Positions 36,844 to 51,816 of a stretch of 64,000 bases of DNA are shown here, one piece after another. The position numbers and the translations under genes were made by a program. Below the pieces are notes generated by a model, which ran no database searches, had not been told where the DNA came from, and saw nothing but the letters and a program-made list of their open reading frames with translations. Where the stretch lies: positions 121,644,001 through 121,708,000 of the forward strand of contig OX597818.1 in assembly GCA_951406725.2 (NCBI GenBank), written 5' to 3'. Source of the stretch: Octopus vulgaris (taxonomy: Eukaryota). How positions within the stretch are numbered: position 1 is the first letter of the stretch; the number at the start of each line of letters is the position of its first letter.

Positions 36844-37471
36844 CATATATACGACAGGCTTCTTTCAGTTTCCGTCTACCAAATCCACTCACAAGTGGGC
36901 TATAGCAGTAGACACTTGCCCAAGATGCCACGCAGTGGGACTGAACCCGGAACCATGTGGTTGGTTAGCAAGCTACTTACCACACAGCCACTCCTGTGCC
37001 TACATGTTTGTATGTTTGTATTATTTAAAAGAAATTGTTATATTAATATATTTGTCTGCATGTATTTACTTTATGTGTATTTCCGTATTATGTATATCTG
37101 TCATGTATTTGTGCACATCATTAATATATAAGTGCATGTGTGTGTGTGAAAAGGGGGAGTCTGTCTCTAAAACTACAAAGCTGAGTAAAGTTTTCATGCT
37201 TGGATTTGTAAACTGCAATAAAAATAACACTGATGAAAAAAGAATTTGCCCCCAAAATATATGAAATGAAAAATTTGTAAAAAATACTAACACACAGAAA
37301 AAATTCACAGAAAAATACTAACACACAAAAGTACAGAAAAATATGTAATATACTTAACACAAAGAAAAATTAAAGCAAAGCATGCGGGTGAAAAGAATCT
37401 CGTGGTGTGAAGAATCAACATAGAACAACGTGCGGCACACACGGGTGAAGTGAAACACAACACAGCGTGCG

Positions 37472-37485
37472 GTTGTCATGGTAAC
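37472..37485. promoter_or_regulatory. RFX X-box-like motif
   Basis: GTTGTCATGGTAAC, fits the GTTNYCATGGNAAC-type palindrome; lies in non-repetitive, CpG-containing sequence. Confidence 0.4.
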
Positions 37486-38631
37486 AAGCTGCTAATGTTT
37501 GTTGAGTGGCTAAAATTACCCAAATTTCCCAACATTAATTCCAAATAACGCCAGATTCTTTAATCTACTAGATAAAGTAATGGTTGATCATAATAAAAAT
37601 TCAGAGTTGCATCGATACACTAAAATTGAAAGCAATCTGATCAAAATTAAAGGGGAGCTTATTTTGCGAATAAAACTAACTAGATCCTAGATTTGTTAGT
37701 TCACGTTCCATTTATCTAGCGGTTCGGCAAAATAGACCGATAGGATAAGTACTAGCCCCCGCCTCTACCAAGTCCTAGGGATCGATTTGTTCAATTAAAA
37801 CTTCTCAAGGCGGTGCCTCAGCATAACTGCAGTCAATTGACAGAAACAGATAAAAGATAAAAGATTCGTTGCTATTATGCAAAAGTGTTGTAAGTCGAAA
37901 ATACTGCTTTTTTTTTTCAGAAAACAGAAAAATATTTTCACTATTCCTTAGCCAAACCGTTGAACTACACCTTGATAAATTTCGACATCTTGGCATCCGA
38001 AGTAGCTGGAGATACGGTAGTTTGACCAAAGGAATAGGGTATTACAAACAAAAACAAATATTGAAAGAAACGCATTTGGCCAAATTTAGACATACGACAG
38101 TTTAACACATAGACGTTTCAGGAAGGGCAATAACTCTAGGTTGTAAAGGGACACAATTCTAATATTTTTTTTTTTTTAAAGTATGTTTTCTTCTCTGAAA
38201 ATTTTGTGTACTAATTTATTATAAAAAAAATTACTTGTTAGCTATAGTTTTAAGATATCTTACGTTTCAATTAAATATTCATCAAATGTTTGAAATGTGG
38301 TACAACAACATTTATAGAAAAAAACTTCGAATGCGTGATACCTAACTCGTACAGTAAATATTAGATGGCTGTCATTAATAAATATAAGGGAGGTTACTCT
38401 TGGCATAACAGCAACAAATTGAAAACTTGTAAGCTGAAGAATTAAAGTTAAAATTCTATAGGTCGGATTGCACGAGCCGGTTTTAATTCAAGGATGAACA
38501 TTAATATTTCACTAACAGAATTAAGACTTTGTGAAGGTTCGTAAATAATGATTTAATATTCCTCGCTATTAATTAGTTGAATTAATCATTCACGATATCT
38601 TACATTACAAACATAGATAATTTATTAAAGA

Positions 38632-39025
38632 CTAGCAGTATCGCCCGGCGTTGCTCGGGTTTGTAAGGGAAATAACTATATAAGCATTTTTAGAGATGTA
38701 AAGTATAATAGCCATCTCAATATGGCTAACCACAAAGGTGGGATGTTACTGTAGCTTTTTACGTTCTGAGATTTAATAATAAATTTTTAGAGAGTTACTT
38801 CCCTTATATATGCCAAAAATGCATTAAAATGGGAAAAATTGATGGTAAATTTTTTTTAAATCGTAGACTCATCGTAGACGCGCGCTAATACCCAGAATGG
38901 CTGGATATGAATCACGACTATAAGATACCCGCTTTTGGTTAAACTGCACCGCAAAATGTGGGAGTAGTTAGGAATCTAAATCGTAGGAGACAGACAGCAC
39001 ACAACCTCACTTTTATATATAAAGA
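38632..39025 (-). mobile_element. Complete non-autonomous Helitron
   Basis: Minus strand: A|TCTTTATATATAAAAG...CCCGAGCAACGCCGGG hairpin...CTAG|T; inserted between A and T with no TSD. Confidence 0.85.
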
Positions 39026-40654
39026 TGTGAACATAATAATAATCGCTAGGCCTAACTCATCGTAAAGTCAATACCACCATGACTGATATCCAATCTACAG
39101 TGGAGAAGGCTAGCCGCTGGATTTGGCTAAAAAGAGACGATGAGCGATGGCTAGAAGGATATTGAGTTTAATTTCATAACCAGCTGATCTAGCAAGCGGT
39201 GCCTCATATCAGTGAGGGGGGCCGGTGCGCATTGATGCCGTCGAGAGGTAGGCCCCGAAACGGCGCGCATTCTCTCCTGATGACCCCATACACTTGCTGG
39301 CTTCCGGTATACGGAGCTTTTGACTGGTAGCACTTGCATGTGCAAGTTGTTTGCAAGACATCTAGATTATTTTTGTTTTGAGAAGGGATGGGTAGATGTA
39401 CAAGTTGGTAGATACGTGGTTTTCGATATAGTGTTGGATAAAATGTGCTGCAATATTTCTTTGGGCTCTAAGGCAGTGAGCTGGCAGAATCGTCAACACA
39501 CCGGAGGAAATGCTTAGCAGCATTTCGTCCGTCTTTACGTTATGAGTTCAAATACCACCGAAGTCGACTTTGCTTTTCATCCTTTCGGGGTCGATAAAAT
39601 AAGTACCAGATGAACGTTGGAATCGATGTAATCGGCTTATCCTTTCCCCTTAAATTGCTGGTCTTATCCCCAAATTTGAAACCAATATCTCTTTCTGCTC
39701 TTTGCATTCTATGTTCAAATCCTGCCAATTATTGCACTTACGAACTTTTTAAACTATTGATGCACGAAATATTTGAAACGTTTTTTTGAAGACTTCATCT
39801 AAAGATTGCAAATGTTGTTCCACTTGGAATCACAGCAACTTTGATTTCATAATTAAGAAGGATTTGCACTGAAATGGAAGTAAGAGCTCTGATATATAAC
39901 TTGTAAGTTATATACATGGACGTCTTCCCTACATTTTCTCCACCTAAATTTTCAGCCTTTCATCATCCATCCAACCTTTATGATGAACATTAACAATAAT
40001 AATAATAATAATTTTTTTCTTTTGAAAAAAATTATTTTTCATGAGGATAAGGAAACTTTTTACAAGCAGCTGTAGACGCTAGACTGATGGTATAATAGCT
40101 TCTGCATTGTCCAGTTGTTTTGACTTTTATAGTTTTGGTGCCGTTAGGTTTTATGTAGGGACATCAACAGTAATAGGTACTTTATTCATGTTTCTAATTT
40201 GTGTCATTTCAAAATCTTCCCGCTTTCTCGTTTTTATGATAAATTTGTGACCTTAACTCTAACCCCAATATTTTATTTTTTGACAACCTTCGGGCATTCT
40301 TTTGCCTTGTATTTTAGCGAATTCAGAAAAAGGTAGATTATGACATATTGGATATGATAGTCACTTCGATTTTTATTCCTTGTTTTCCTTTTACATTATT
40401 AAAAAAAAAAAAAATACAGTGAGTGACAAAAAATGAAATTTAGAATCTGGCTGTGAGAAAATGATTCCGGGCATGGTGCTTACCGATAAACTAGTGTAGT
40501 TTCCAAACATTGGATGGTAATAAGCGCAGACGTACCTGTGTGGTAAGAAATTTGCTTACCTACCATATGGCCTCGGGTTCAGTACCATTGCGGGACACCT
40601 TGAGCAAGTATGTTCTACCATAGCTCCAGACCGGGAATTGAAAGAAGCTCGTCA

Positions 40655-40686
<32 letters not shown>

Positions 40687-41808
40687 TGTGTGTGTGCGCG
40701 TGTGTGTGAGTGTTTTTGTGCTTGTATTCGTCCCCAAGCACCACTTGGCAATAGGTGTTGGTTTGTTTACGTTTCCGTAATTTAGTGGTCTGCAAAAGAG
40801 GCCAACTGATAAAATCGATGCCAAACTTAAAAAAACAAAAGTACTAGGGTTAATTTGTTCGACAAAACTCTTCAAGGTGGTGGCCTTGCATGGCCGCAAG
40901 TCCATTGTCAGAAACAAGTAGAAGACAGAATATAAAAATAAATTAGACAATAATTAGAATAGAATAAACAATATATAAGAATGCATTATTACAGGTTACA
41001 ACAGCTAAAATAGTTTTGCCCGCTTACATCTGGTGACTACAGTGCCCAATTTGAGTATCTAAAGTAGACTTGTTCACTTGTGCCCGACAACAATCTCCTT
41101 GATAGTCTCCCTAGAAATGCATAGCAAAAGTGTGACTTGTAACCTTTAAATATAAATAGATTTTTCAATTGAAATTCTGGGGATATACATTTAAAAATTA
41201 GGAAAATGAAAAAAAGTACGCATATTATGAGAAAAAAGGAGTTTATAAAACAAATTTGTAAAATAAAAACAAAACAAGAGAAGAGAAAATACACATAATA
41301 TGTGAAGTACGATGTCTATCTACTTTTCTCTTCTTTGCTGGAGTTTTAGTTTACTAAAGGTGACGAATCGGCAGAGTCGTTAGAGCGTCAGACAAAATGC
41401 TTCGTAATATCTGTTCTGATTTTCTGCTCTGCGAGTTCAAATCCCGCTGCCGTCAACTTTATCTTTCATCCTTATGGGGCTCATAAGAAAAAAAGTACCA
41501 ATCCTACGTGATAGATTGACAGAACTATAAGAACGTCGTCCGGTTTAGCACCACCTCTTGATAACATGGATGCTTTTTCGCAGACTTCACTCTGTTACAA
41601 GGATTCGAGCCAGATTTCCAGTTCAAGGCTATCTTCATCCTTCCATCCAGCCAGTCTCGGGGGGGTTCTATAAAGGATCATAGGCACTGGTTTCTCTACT
41701 GGCTAAAAGACCTGGTGATTATCTGAAGCGTATGATTTATGAAGCTACGAATACAAATTCAACTAAGCAGGTGAGTAAGAAGCTGTTTTGGGGAGTGGAT
41801 TAGTAGAG

Positions 41809-42300
41809 TATGTATGTATGTATGTATGTATGTATGTATGTATGTATGTATGTATGTATGTATGTATGTATGTATGTATGTATGTATGTATGTATGTATG
41901 TATGTATGTATGTATGTATGTATGTATGTATGTATGTATGTATGTATGTATGTATGTATGTATGTATGTATGTATGTATGTATGTATGTATGTATGTATG
42001 TATGTATGTATGTATGTATGTATGTATGTATGTATGTATGTATGTATGTATGTATGTATGTATGTATGTATGTATGTATGTATGTATGTATGTATGTATG
42101 TATGTATGTATGTATGTATGTATGTATGTATGTATGTATGTATGTATGTATGTATGTATGTATGTATGCATGCATGCATGCATGCATGCATGCATGCATG
42201 CATGCATGCATGCATGTATGCATGTATGTATGTATGTATGCATGCATGCATGCATGTATGTATGTATATGCATTATGTAAGTATGTAAGCATGTATGTAT
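41809..42300. repeat. (TATG)n/(CATG)n microsatellite, about 490 bp
   Basis: Direct reading. Confidence 0.97.
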
Positions 42301-42319
42301 GGACACAGACAGACAGACA

Positions 42320-42363
<44 letters not shown>

Positions 42364-42463
42364 CTCACACACACAGTGTCGACTGTAGGTGAGATCCAGA
42401 GATGATCAATATAGAAAACACGAAATAGTGCTCAAATGGTTTGAACTTACACTCCGAAATCTT

Positions 42464-42511
<48 letters not shown>

Positions 42512-42601
42512 TGATGAAGCAGACTCCAAGAGGCTGGTGTTGGTCTGCATCGGCAAGTCCTCTGCACTGTTTTTATCGATTTTAGTATATATATATATAT
42601 G

Positions 42602-42644
<43 letters not shown>

Positions 42645-45100
42645 AAATCGATAAAAAGAGTGCAGTGAACTTTCTTTCGTGTTGATAGTTTTATAATATT
42701 GATTCCAAATTTTTACACAAGGTCAGCAAGTTCGGGGGAGGGGGTAAATGGAATAGATCGACCCTAGTTTTAACCTGGTACTTATTTTATCGACCCCAAA
42801 AAGGATGAAAGGCAAACTCAACCGCGGCGGAATTTGAACTCAGAGCAAAAAGACGGACGAAATGCCGGTAAATCGTGCTAATGATTCTGCCAGCTCATAT
42901 AGTTTTACTAATATTAGAAATGTCTCTCACACATTGCCATCTTGTTACCATCCCGTTTCCAATGGAGGTCTGGAAGGATGAAAGAAATACAATGTTGAGA
43001 TAAAAAAAGGTTGAAGCAAATGTTATAATAAGGTGTACCACCTGATGACATTAGTAACTTACTTCAGCACCTGGACACATGAAAGCAAGCGCGCATGCAC
43101 GCACGCATACGCACATACACACGCACACGCAAGCACGAACACACACAAACACACATACACACACACGCACACACATGCAGATAGACAAACATGTACGCAT
43201 TCACAGCCCTTTCAAACAAGTAACAGCATAGTCATAAAAGACAGTTCTCTCCCTTCAAAATGTGTTGCATCCTACCTATATCAGAAATCAATATTCCTGG
43301 AAGAATGATCAACGCATTGGAAACAATTTGATGGATGTGTCTAGGCTTGAATACAGAACTGGTTTAAAATGGAATTGTTTTCAGGCTATTTTGACTATTT
43401 CTTATCAGTAAAAGAATTGTCTCAGACTTAAATGTCTTAGACTGAAGACATTCAAGAAGAAATCAATCAATCAAAAGTGTATAAAGATAACTTTAAGTTG
43501 TTATTACTGATTAACAGACCTATGAGTAAATGTGTCCTAGCCGTAGCCGTCCCATCTTATATTCAGAGTAGTGTGTGTGGGTGGTCATGACTGCGTGCTT
43601 ACAATGTTCGTTTTGCAATCCCGTAGTTCTAAGTTCGACGCAATCCCATAGTTTTAAGTTCGATGCAATCCCTTAGTTCTAATTTCGATTTCACCGCAGT
43701 CTTACTACATTTCGTCACGCCCAGTCATTCAGGTGTCGATAGAGAACACCCGTAAAATAAACTTGTACTAGTCACTAGCAATCAGTTAGGAGACTGAGCC
43801 ACGCACTAATGGTCACCGTGGTACTAGGGACACCTCTTGTGATTTGATAAGGGATTACTTCTATGGAAGAAAGAATGACTTTTGGCAAGGATGGTTACTC
43901 TGTTTGAATTTGAAAATGAACCGGCTAGGATTTCGAATTTGACGGTAAATAGGCGAAATCTCTGATCTAGAGTTTCTCGGATAAACATAAAGTGCATCAT
44001 ATTGCTTGTATCCATTTAGTCAACATATCATTAATTTTTTGAAGGGTTAGTGTGAGCATTGCATTCGATTTTAGAAGGTTAAGCCACTGCTTAGAAGCTC
44101 GTATCTTATTGATGTTTTCGGAAATAGGAGCGGATGAAGTCATTGCTTTCATTTCTCACATCAAGATTTCTACTAATCTTGAAATTTATCTCGATTGTCT
44201 CTGACAACCTACAATTGAATAAATAAATACATTATTTCCATAGACAAGATGGAAAGCCTTTGATTACATGTCAGCTATATTTACACTCGTTACCTCTAAA
44301 AAGCAAAATAACGTTTTGGTTAAATTGTATTTCGACAAAGTGATTGGGGATTTAAAGAGAACCCCCAAGGAATACACTAGTAAATGGAAAATTCAAAAGA
44401 AAAGCAGGTTATATATCAGCTGAACAAAAAGATGATCATTGCGTTTTGCGGAGAAAATTACATTATTGCGGTCTGCAAAAGCCTCTAAATATTACCAGAA
44501 CACCCATTTAGTATTTTGGATCTTGCAGACATTTCTCCAAATTTCATTGGCTAGTCACCTATTCTCTCGTTCCTGATTTATCTAAGATTTTAAATCTAGT
44601 TCCAGCTTCTGGTTTGTCTAATATCTTATCATTTTTTATAAACGTATTTTTCTCACGTCCGAAAGGACCACTGTCTTTCCTATTAGCGTTACTTTGCACA
44701 ACTCGTCTTATTTTTGTGGCTAAGTCGAAAAAATCCTATGTTTATGAATATCACTGTCGCTTTCTATTTTTTATGTTGCTGTCCTTGCTTATTTGCTTAT
44801 TTTGTTATATAATATATTTCCTATTCTGTTCATAAGTCATCTTTATTTACCAAGCGTGCTATAAACCACATCCTTTCTTGTTTTTATACTTGTCTCATAC
44901 GTTCAGGACTTGTTTGCCGATTATGCCACTTTTTATGTCCCAGGAGCTTATGTTACTGAAATTGAACCATATTGTCAGAAGATGTCGAAATTGTAGTGAT
45001 ATTTGGTTGACAACTGATGAAGGATAGAGTTAGTCGGCTTCTGTTGAATGTGTTTTTTCTGTTTTGCTGTAACTTCGTTCGTTAGCAGCCCTGAGGCCAC

Positions 45101-45512
<412 letters not shown>

Positions 45513-45695
45513 GCATTAATGTATGTATGTATCTGTGTGTGTGCGCGAGCGCTAGTGAGTGTGTACGTGAGCATGTGTGTGCGTGTTTGTGTTACACTTC
45601 GAGGAGGTAAACGCTTAGCTTATCACGTTTGCGATTGGTAGTCGTATCATCACCACCACTACCACCACGGAGAGAAAGGACGAGAGGGGAGAGAG

Positions 45696-45758
<63 letters not shown>

Positions 45759-47914
45759 TGCATAATTAATGGCTAAGTATTCATTAGAGAAAACGAGTTG
45801 CGTTATTTTGAATCGATGCGATTCACTAAGTTTAAGACATGTTCTAACAGTGAACATTGGAATTGATGTCAGCCATTGAAATAAACTAACCACATATATA
45901 CAGACAAATATAACAACTGGCTGCCTGCTGACAATCATTATGAGGAATGGATGTCAGCTATACACCAGTCACACATAGAATCATACACATACACAATCAC
46001 GCCTCCTCCAAACACTAAGACTTATTTAATAGTTGGTTACCTGTACAAATGATATAATAGGAACAAAACAGCGATAACAATAATGGCGACGACGACAATG
46101 ACAGCAACAACAACAATAACAGCAACTTCATCAAAAACAACATCTCTTTGCAGTTAATCAACCTGCTAAAGGTAGCTGCCAAATATCCCTCATGTTAGAT
46201 AAAGCAGTCCTAGATACCTATTTCTTTATTACCCACAAGGGGCTAAACATAGAGGGGACAAACAAGGACAGACATAGGTATTAAGTCGATTACATCGACC
46301 CCAGTGCGTAACTGGTGCTTAATTTATCGACCCCGAAAGGATGAAAGGCAAACTCGACCTCGGCGGAATTTGAACTCACATCGTAACGGCAGACGAAATA
46401 CCGCAAAGTATTTCGCCCGGCGTGCTAACGCTTCTGACAGCTCGCCGCCTTATACCACTGAAAAGACGGCGGCAAAGGCTAGGATGCGTTTCATCAATTT
46501 ATTCCTCTTGTATTTCTAATTAAAGCTTAAGGCTTTAATTATGGAGAGGTTGCTTGTTGATCAACTTGACCCCAGTTTTTGACTGGTTCATAATTCTATC
46601 ATCCCCACACGATGTAAGGCAAAGTTGACATCGTGAAGACTTGGATTCAGAACTGCAAAGAGCCACAACAAATCCCATCAGACATTTTGTTTGACATTAT
46701 TTTACTAGGAGTAGAAAGGCTTAAACTATAAAGGGGGCCCAGTCGATAACTGGACACCAGGATTTATTTGGTGTATATTTTATCGATTCGGAGGCACGAA
46801 AGGCAAAGTTAATTCTGGCGGGATTTGAACTCAGAACGTAAAAATGAAGTTATTACCATTAAACATTTTGTTCGGTGCATCATCAGTTCTGCGAGTCAGT
46901 AACCCGAAAATAAATTGCTCTTGTTTTGTCGTTGTTCTAGTTGTTGAACTACGGCTCACTCCTGATAAAGACATCAAAGACATGACTTCTTTTCAGATAT
47001 AGTATATCTAAAATTATATTATTCAATGAGTAATTCTCTCTTTCATAATAATATCGTATGATTTAAAGGTGGTTTAGCTGCTATTTCTAGCAGAAGAGCA
47101 GCCACACAGAACCTCCTTCTATATCTTCGTCGTGAATGTAGGCCATTTAATATGGCGTAGGATAGTGGAAATACTAAATATTTTAGGTTACATTTGAAGT
47201 GATATAACTCATACGTGTTTGCTTTCTACATCAAACGTTGAACGAAATTCCATTTTACCTTACATCTATCTCTTTTAGTTACAACGTGTTTACTCTAAGA
47301 GTAAGTTGACACAAATACAAATAATCAAATAATTTCATAAATATTTATTATTTATTGCACATATTTTTTTCTTTACTTGATGTTGTAGTAAGGTGATTTT
47401 CAAAAAAAAAAATTGGCTAAGAGGAAAAAAGTGGTTTATATAATAATCAAGTAAACAAAACTTTATTTTTTTAGTCTGTTCCAATTAATTCCAGGCAAGT
47501 TGTTTGTGGCAATAGAGATTCTTTTTAATGCAAAGTCCTAATACATTACATCAAAGTTATCCCAACCTCTTTTATTTTGGTCATACTTTACTGTTTATTA
47601 ACCTAATAAAAGGAAAGGAAAAAAGATTATCCAAAGTTTAGGCGTGGGTATGTGATTAAGAAGCTTGTTTCCCAACCATCAGGGTCTTGGGTTCAGTCAC
47701 ACTACCTGGCATTTTGGGCGAGTGTGTTGTATAATAAACCGGGGCTGTTTAAAGCTTTGCGAGAGGGTTTGGGGAGTGAATGGAAGCTGAAGGAAGCATG
47801 TCGTGTGTGTGCTTGTGCGTGTGTGTGCTTGTGCGTGTGTGTGTGTATGTGTATGCGTGTATACATACATATATATACATATATGTACACACATATTCAC
47901 ATACATACATATGC

Positions 47915-47945
47915 ATCTCTCTCTCTCTCTCTCTATCTATCATCC

Positions 47946-48017
<72 letters not shown>

Positions 48018-48038
48018 GTCTATCTGTCTATCTGTCTA

Positions 48039-48093
<55 letters not shown>
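47915..48093. repeat. (TC)n/(TCTA)n/(TCTG)n microsatellite
   Basis: Direct reading. Confidence 0.95.
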
Positions 48094-48094
<1 letters not shown>

Positions 48095-48182
48095 AAGTAA
48101 CAACATTCGAGGTAAAATTCCACGTGGTGGATTGTAGTAAAAAATATAAAAAGAAGAAAAATGCACAGAAATGTTATGCTTG

Positions 48183-48229
<47 letters not shown>

Positions 48230-48499
48230 ATGAAATAAAACATTTGCATTGTTGACCGGTTTCGCTTGTGGCAATCATAACTAAGTAGTTAGTGATAATG
48301 TTATAATTTCATGCTGTCATAATCAGTTTTCATGTTAGATGGAGGAAGGATATTTTTTTACATGAATCGAGAAGTAAATAAATTCTAGTGGAGGTAATTA
48401 GTGGATGTTATCATTAGAAGCAGGGGAGGTAATTAGCTTTTTTAAAAGTTAGTTGATTATATGCAAATTAAGGAGATACATATTTATGAACTAAAATAT

Positions 48500-49790
48500 T
48501 GGCGTAACCCCAAATTTAATATATATTCATATTCTGATGCGGTTGATATGTTTCAATAAATATATTCTCTGTATTTAAGCGTTGTTGTGCAGAAGTTGTT
48601 CCATTGAAATGGTATACAGGAAAAATTTTGAAGTTTGGCTGGCGATTACCCACTCATCTCTCTATGTGTTTGCTTAGTAGTATTTGTTTACATCTTTGAA
48701 AACCGATGTGTTCGTTATGCAGTGTTATTCTACGTTTGAGAGACATTCTTGTTTTCCCTATATAGTTGTGTACACATTCTAAATGAGTTATGTCGTAGAT
48801 TAAGTTTTCGGATGTATAGGTAAACTCAGTCTTAATTTTGAATCGTTGCCTTTGTTTAAAATGGAATTCCGAACCTTCCAGTAGATAGGAAATGTTCCAA
48901 AATTTGGTCATCTGCATTTCTTAACTTTTGGTTCCGTTGTTGGGTATGATTTCGCACCTGTTAGTATTCTCTTTAGTGATTTTGTTTGCTATTTTTTTAT
49001 ATTTGTGTGTGCGAAGAATGTGGTTCATCTTAGGTTCCCTAGTGAGCATAGGTAAATTTTGAATAATAGTATTGTATAACTCATTGTTTCTAGGGTTGCG
49101 TGTAGAAATATAGAGTAGTATTTTAAAATCGAATGTGTTATTTCGTTTTACCTCTGTCAGTGCTTGGATATCAGTTCTCTTGGCACGTTTTATCCCATAA
49201 TCTATTAGTGAAAGGGAATAATGTCTCTCGAGTAGTATGGTTTTAAATTCATGCAGTCGTAGGTTCCGGGTGTTTCTATCAGAGACTATTGTGCAAATCT
49301 TTTACACTAAGTTAAAATATTTATTTTAATGTGTTTCTGGTAGCATGTGCTAATTAGGTATTGCTTCGAGTTTGTCGGTTTATAATACATGTCAGTTTCA
49401 ATTTGGTTATTGACTCTTTTTTTTCTATTATCTAAATATCAAGAAATAGAAGTTTCTCTTTGTCGTATTCCATTTTAAATTGAATGTTGGTATTTATACC
49501 AGTGAGCAGTGTTTTAAATTCGAATAGTTTATTTATACTTTCGTTCCAAAGGAATTGGTAAAATGAGTATCCACATTTCTGTAGTGATTCTTGATGTATA
49601 GTCAATTCTAAATATCCTATTACTAATTTTGTGTCCCCATCGCAATTTCATGTTCCTCTATGTAGTAATTGGTATCAAACAAAAAGTAATTGTTCTGGGG
49701 TATAAATTTCAATGCTTCAAATACAAACTCCTTGTTGATGCGCCCTGGTTGTTCTGGATTGTTCTCCAACCAGACTTTGATTACTTCTAC
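48500..49790 (-). mobile_element. Decayed Penelope-like retroelement ORF (RT C-half plus GIY-YIG endonuclease)
   Basis: EALKFIPQNNYFLFDTNYY...IAMGT (PLE RT) and FTYTSENLIYDITHLECVHNYIGKTRMSLKRRITLH (GIY-YIG); many disablements; terminal-repeat-like segment at about 49950-50215. Confidence 0.85.
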
Positions 49791-50221
49791 ACGCATACAT
49801 ACATACATACATACATACATACATACATACAAACATACATACATACATACATACATACATACATACATACATACATACATACATAATGTACGCATGCATG
49901 CATACATACATACATGCTCGCACACACACACACATACATATACACAAATACCTCTGTGTAGAGCTTCTACTCCGTATTTACGGAGAGCAACTGATAATCG
50001 TCGTAGCGTCTGCCTTTCCAGTACCTGATGCTGAGAAGAGATAGCCACCCCGAAATGCATACAACCATCAATTTGGTTAGCGGGAACTTGAAATTGGCTT
50101 GGTGCGTTTACACCCATCTGTCTATAGTGAGAAATTTTCTCCACGACAAAATAGAGAAAATGGCTTTCTTATGGGTTCAAATATGCCTCGAGCATATTTG
50201 AACGGGTAACAAGTGTGTGTT

Positions 50222-50297
<76 letters not shown>

Positions 50298-50349
50298 TGT
50301 ATGTATGTATGTATGTATATATATATATATATTTATATATACATGTATG

Positions 50350-50423
<74 letters not shown>

Positions 50424-51461
50424 AATGTATATATGTGTGTGTAACTTTGTGCTTGTATTGTTTGTCCCCAATCACGATTGACAACTAGTACTAGTTTGTT
50501 TCCGTCTCCGTAAATTAGCGCTTCGGCAAAAAGTAACCGATGGAATAAGTACCACACTTGAAAGAAAGAAAAAAAACAATAATTGGGTCGTTTTGTTTGA
50601 TGAAACCCTTCAAGGCGGTGCCCCAGCATGGTTGCATTTCAATGACTGAAGGAAGTAAAAGATAAAAGATTAAAGGAAAAAAAAAACGTTTTATGTACAT
50701 ATTCTGTGAAGAAAAATGTTTTTTTTAGACTGTTCCAACTGATTTGAGGCAAGCTATTTATGGCAAATGAGTTTCTTTTTGTTTTCACTTAGTTCTAAGT
50801 TCTGATATTTTACATCAAAGTTATTCCAACCTCTTTTATTTCGGCAATGCTTTAGTGTTTTAGTATTAACATGCTAAAAGGAAAAGAAAGAAAATTATCC
50901 AAAGTTTCTGTTATTATTTTGTCTGTCCACTTTCTGCCTGCTCGGTCAGATTCTTCTTTAGTTGAAAGTTCCGGCGCTGCCATAAGACTAGAACTTATCT
51001 TCTTGAATTTTCTTCCATTTTCTATTCTCACTGGGTTGTTTTCTTTGTTCTGTCACTTATTCTTTAGATTAGCGGTTTCCATTTTGTAGAATGTGTGTCG
51101 TCTGTTGGAAATCCATTTAAATTTCCTGCCTGTATGTATGAATGTATATGCATATGCGTCTATAAATACAAGCAAATACGTAAACACACACAGGCGTATG
51201 AAGGAGTGTGTGTGTGTATGTGTGTATAAAAACATATAGGTGTGGATACACTCACACACACATGAACGTATAAATGCATACGTACGTATGTGTGCACGTA
51301 CACAAAGACAGACAGACACACACACACACACACACACATATATACGTATAGCATTTATATACATATTCACACATACGTCTTATAAAGTTGCTCAACTGTA
51401 TATGTAGCTATAAATACTAGTTCATTATATATATAAATGTATGCATACACACATATGAATG

Positions 51462-51523
<62 letters not shown>

Positions 51524-51553
51524 CATATATATATATATATACATACATATATA

Positions 51554-51586
<33 letters not shown>

Positions 51587-51588
<2 letters not shown>

Positions 51589-51816
51589 TGGGTCATCACA
51601 TAAATAATGCGTTTTTTTTACTTGTATTTTTCAAAATTAAGATAAACAAAGTTCTTTTTTAATCTCAAATATACTCTTCTTCATTTTCTACAACGCTCTT
51701 CCATCTATGTAGTAGACTTGCAAGGCCCCGCTTCCAAAATTCACTTGTCCGTGACGAAAAATACCCCTCCAGTTCTGCCGAAATGATTTTGAAGACTGCA
51801 GAATAAATGATAATCA
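51587..51816 (-). mobile_element. Mariner transposase 3' end with TIR
   Basis: Minus strand DYHLFCSLQNHF...ELEGYFSSRTSEFWKRGLASLLHRWKSVVENEEEYI; mariner-like terminus TATTGGGTCATCACATAAATAATGCG. Confidence 0.7.

Noticed and set aside
41759-42392. Long ORFs (up to 201 aa) on both strands
   Set aside because: Translations of the (TATG)n/(CATG)n microsatellite. The same applies to ORFs over (CA)n, (TA)n, (CTT)n, (TTA)n and (GAT)n tracts throughout the window.
43820-45090. Possible additional retroelement or host exons
   Set aside because: Looks like decayed Penelope-type sequence (CTGATGAA near 45015, resemblance to 29040-29660), but I could not recover a complete hammerhead or a recognisable protein motif.
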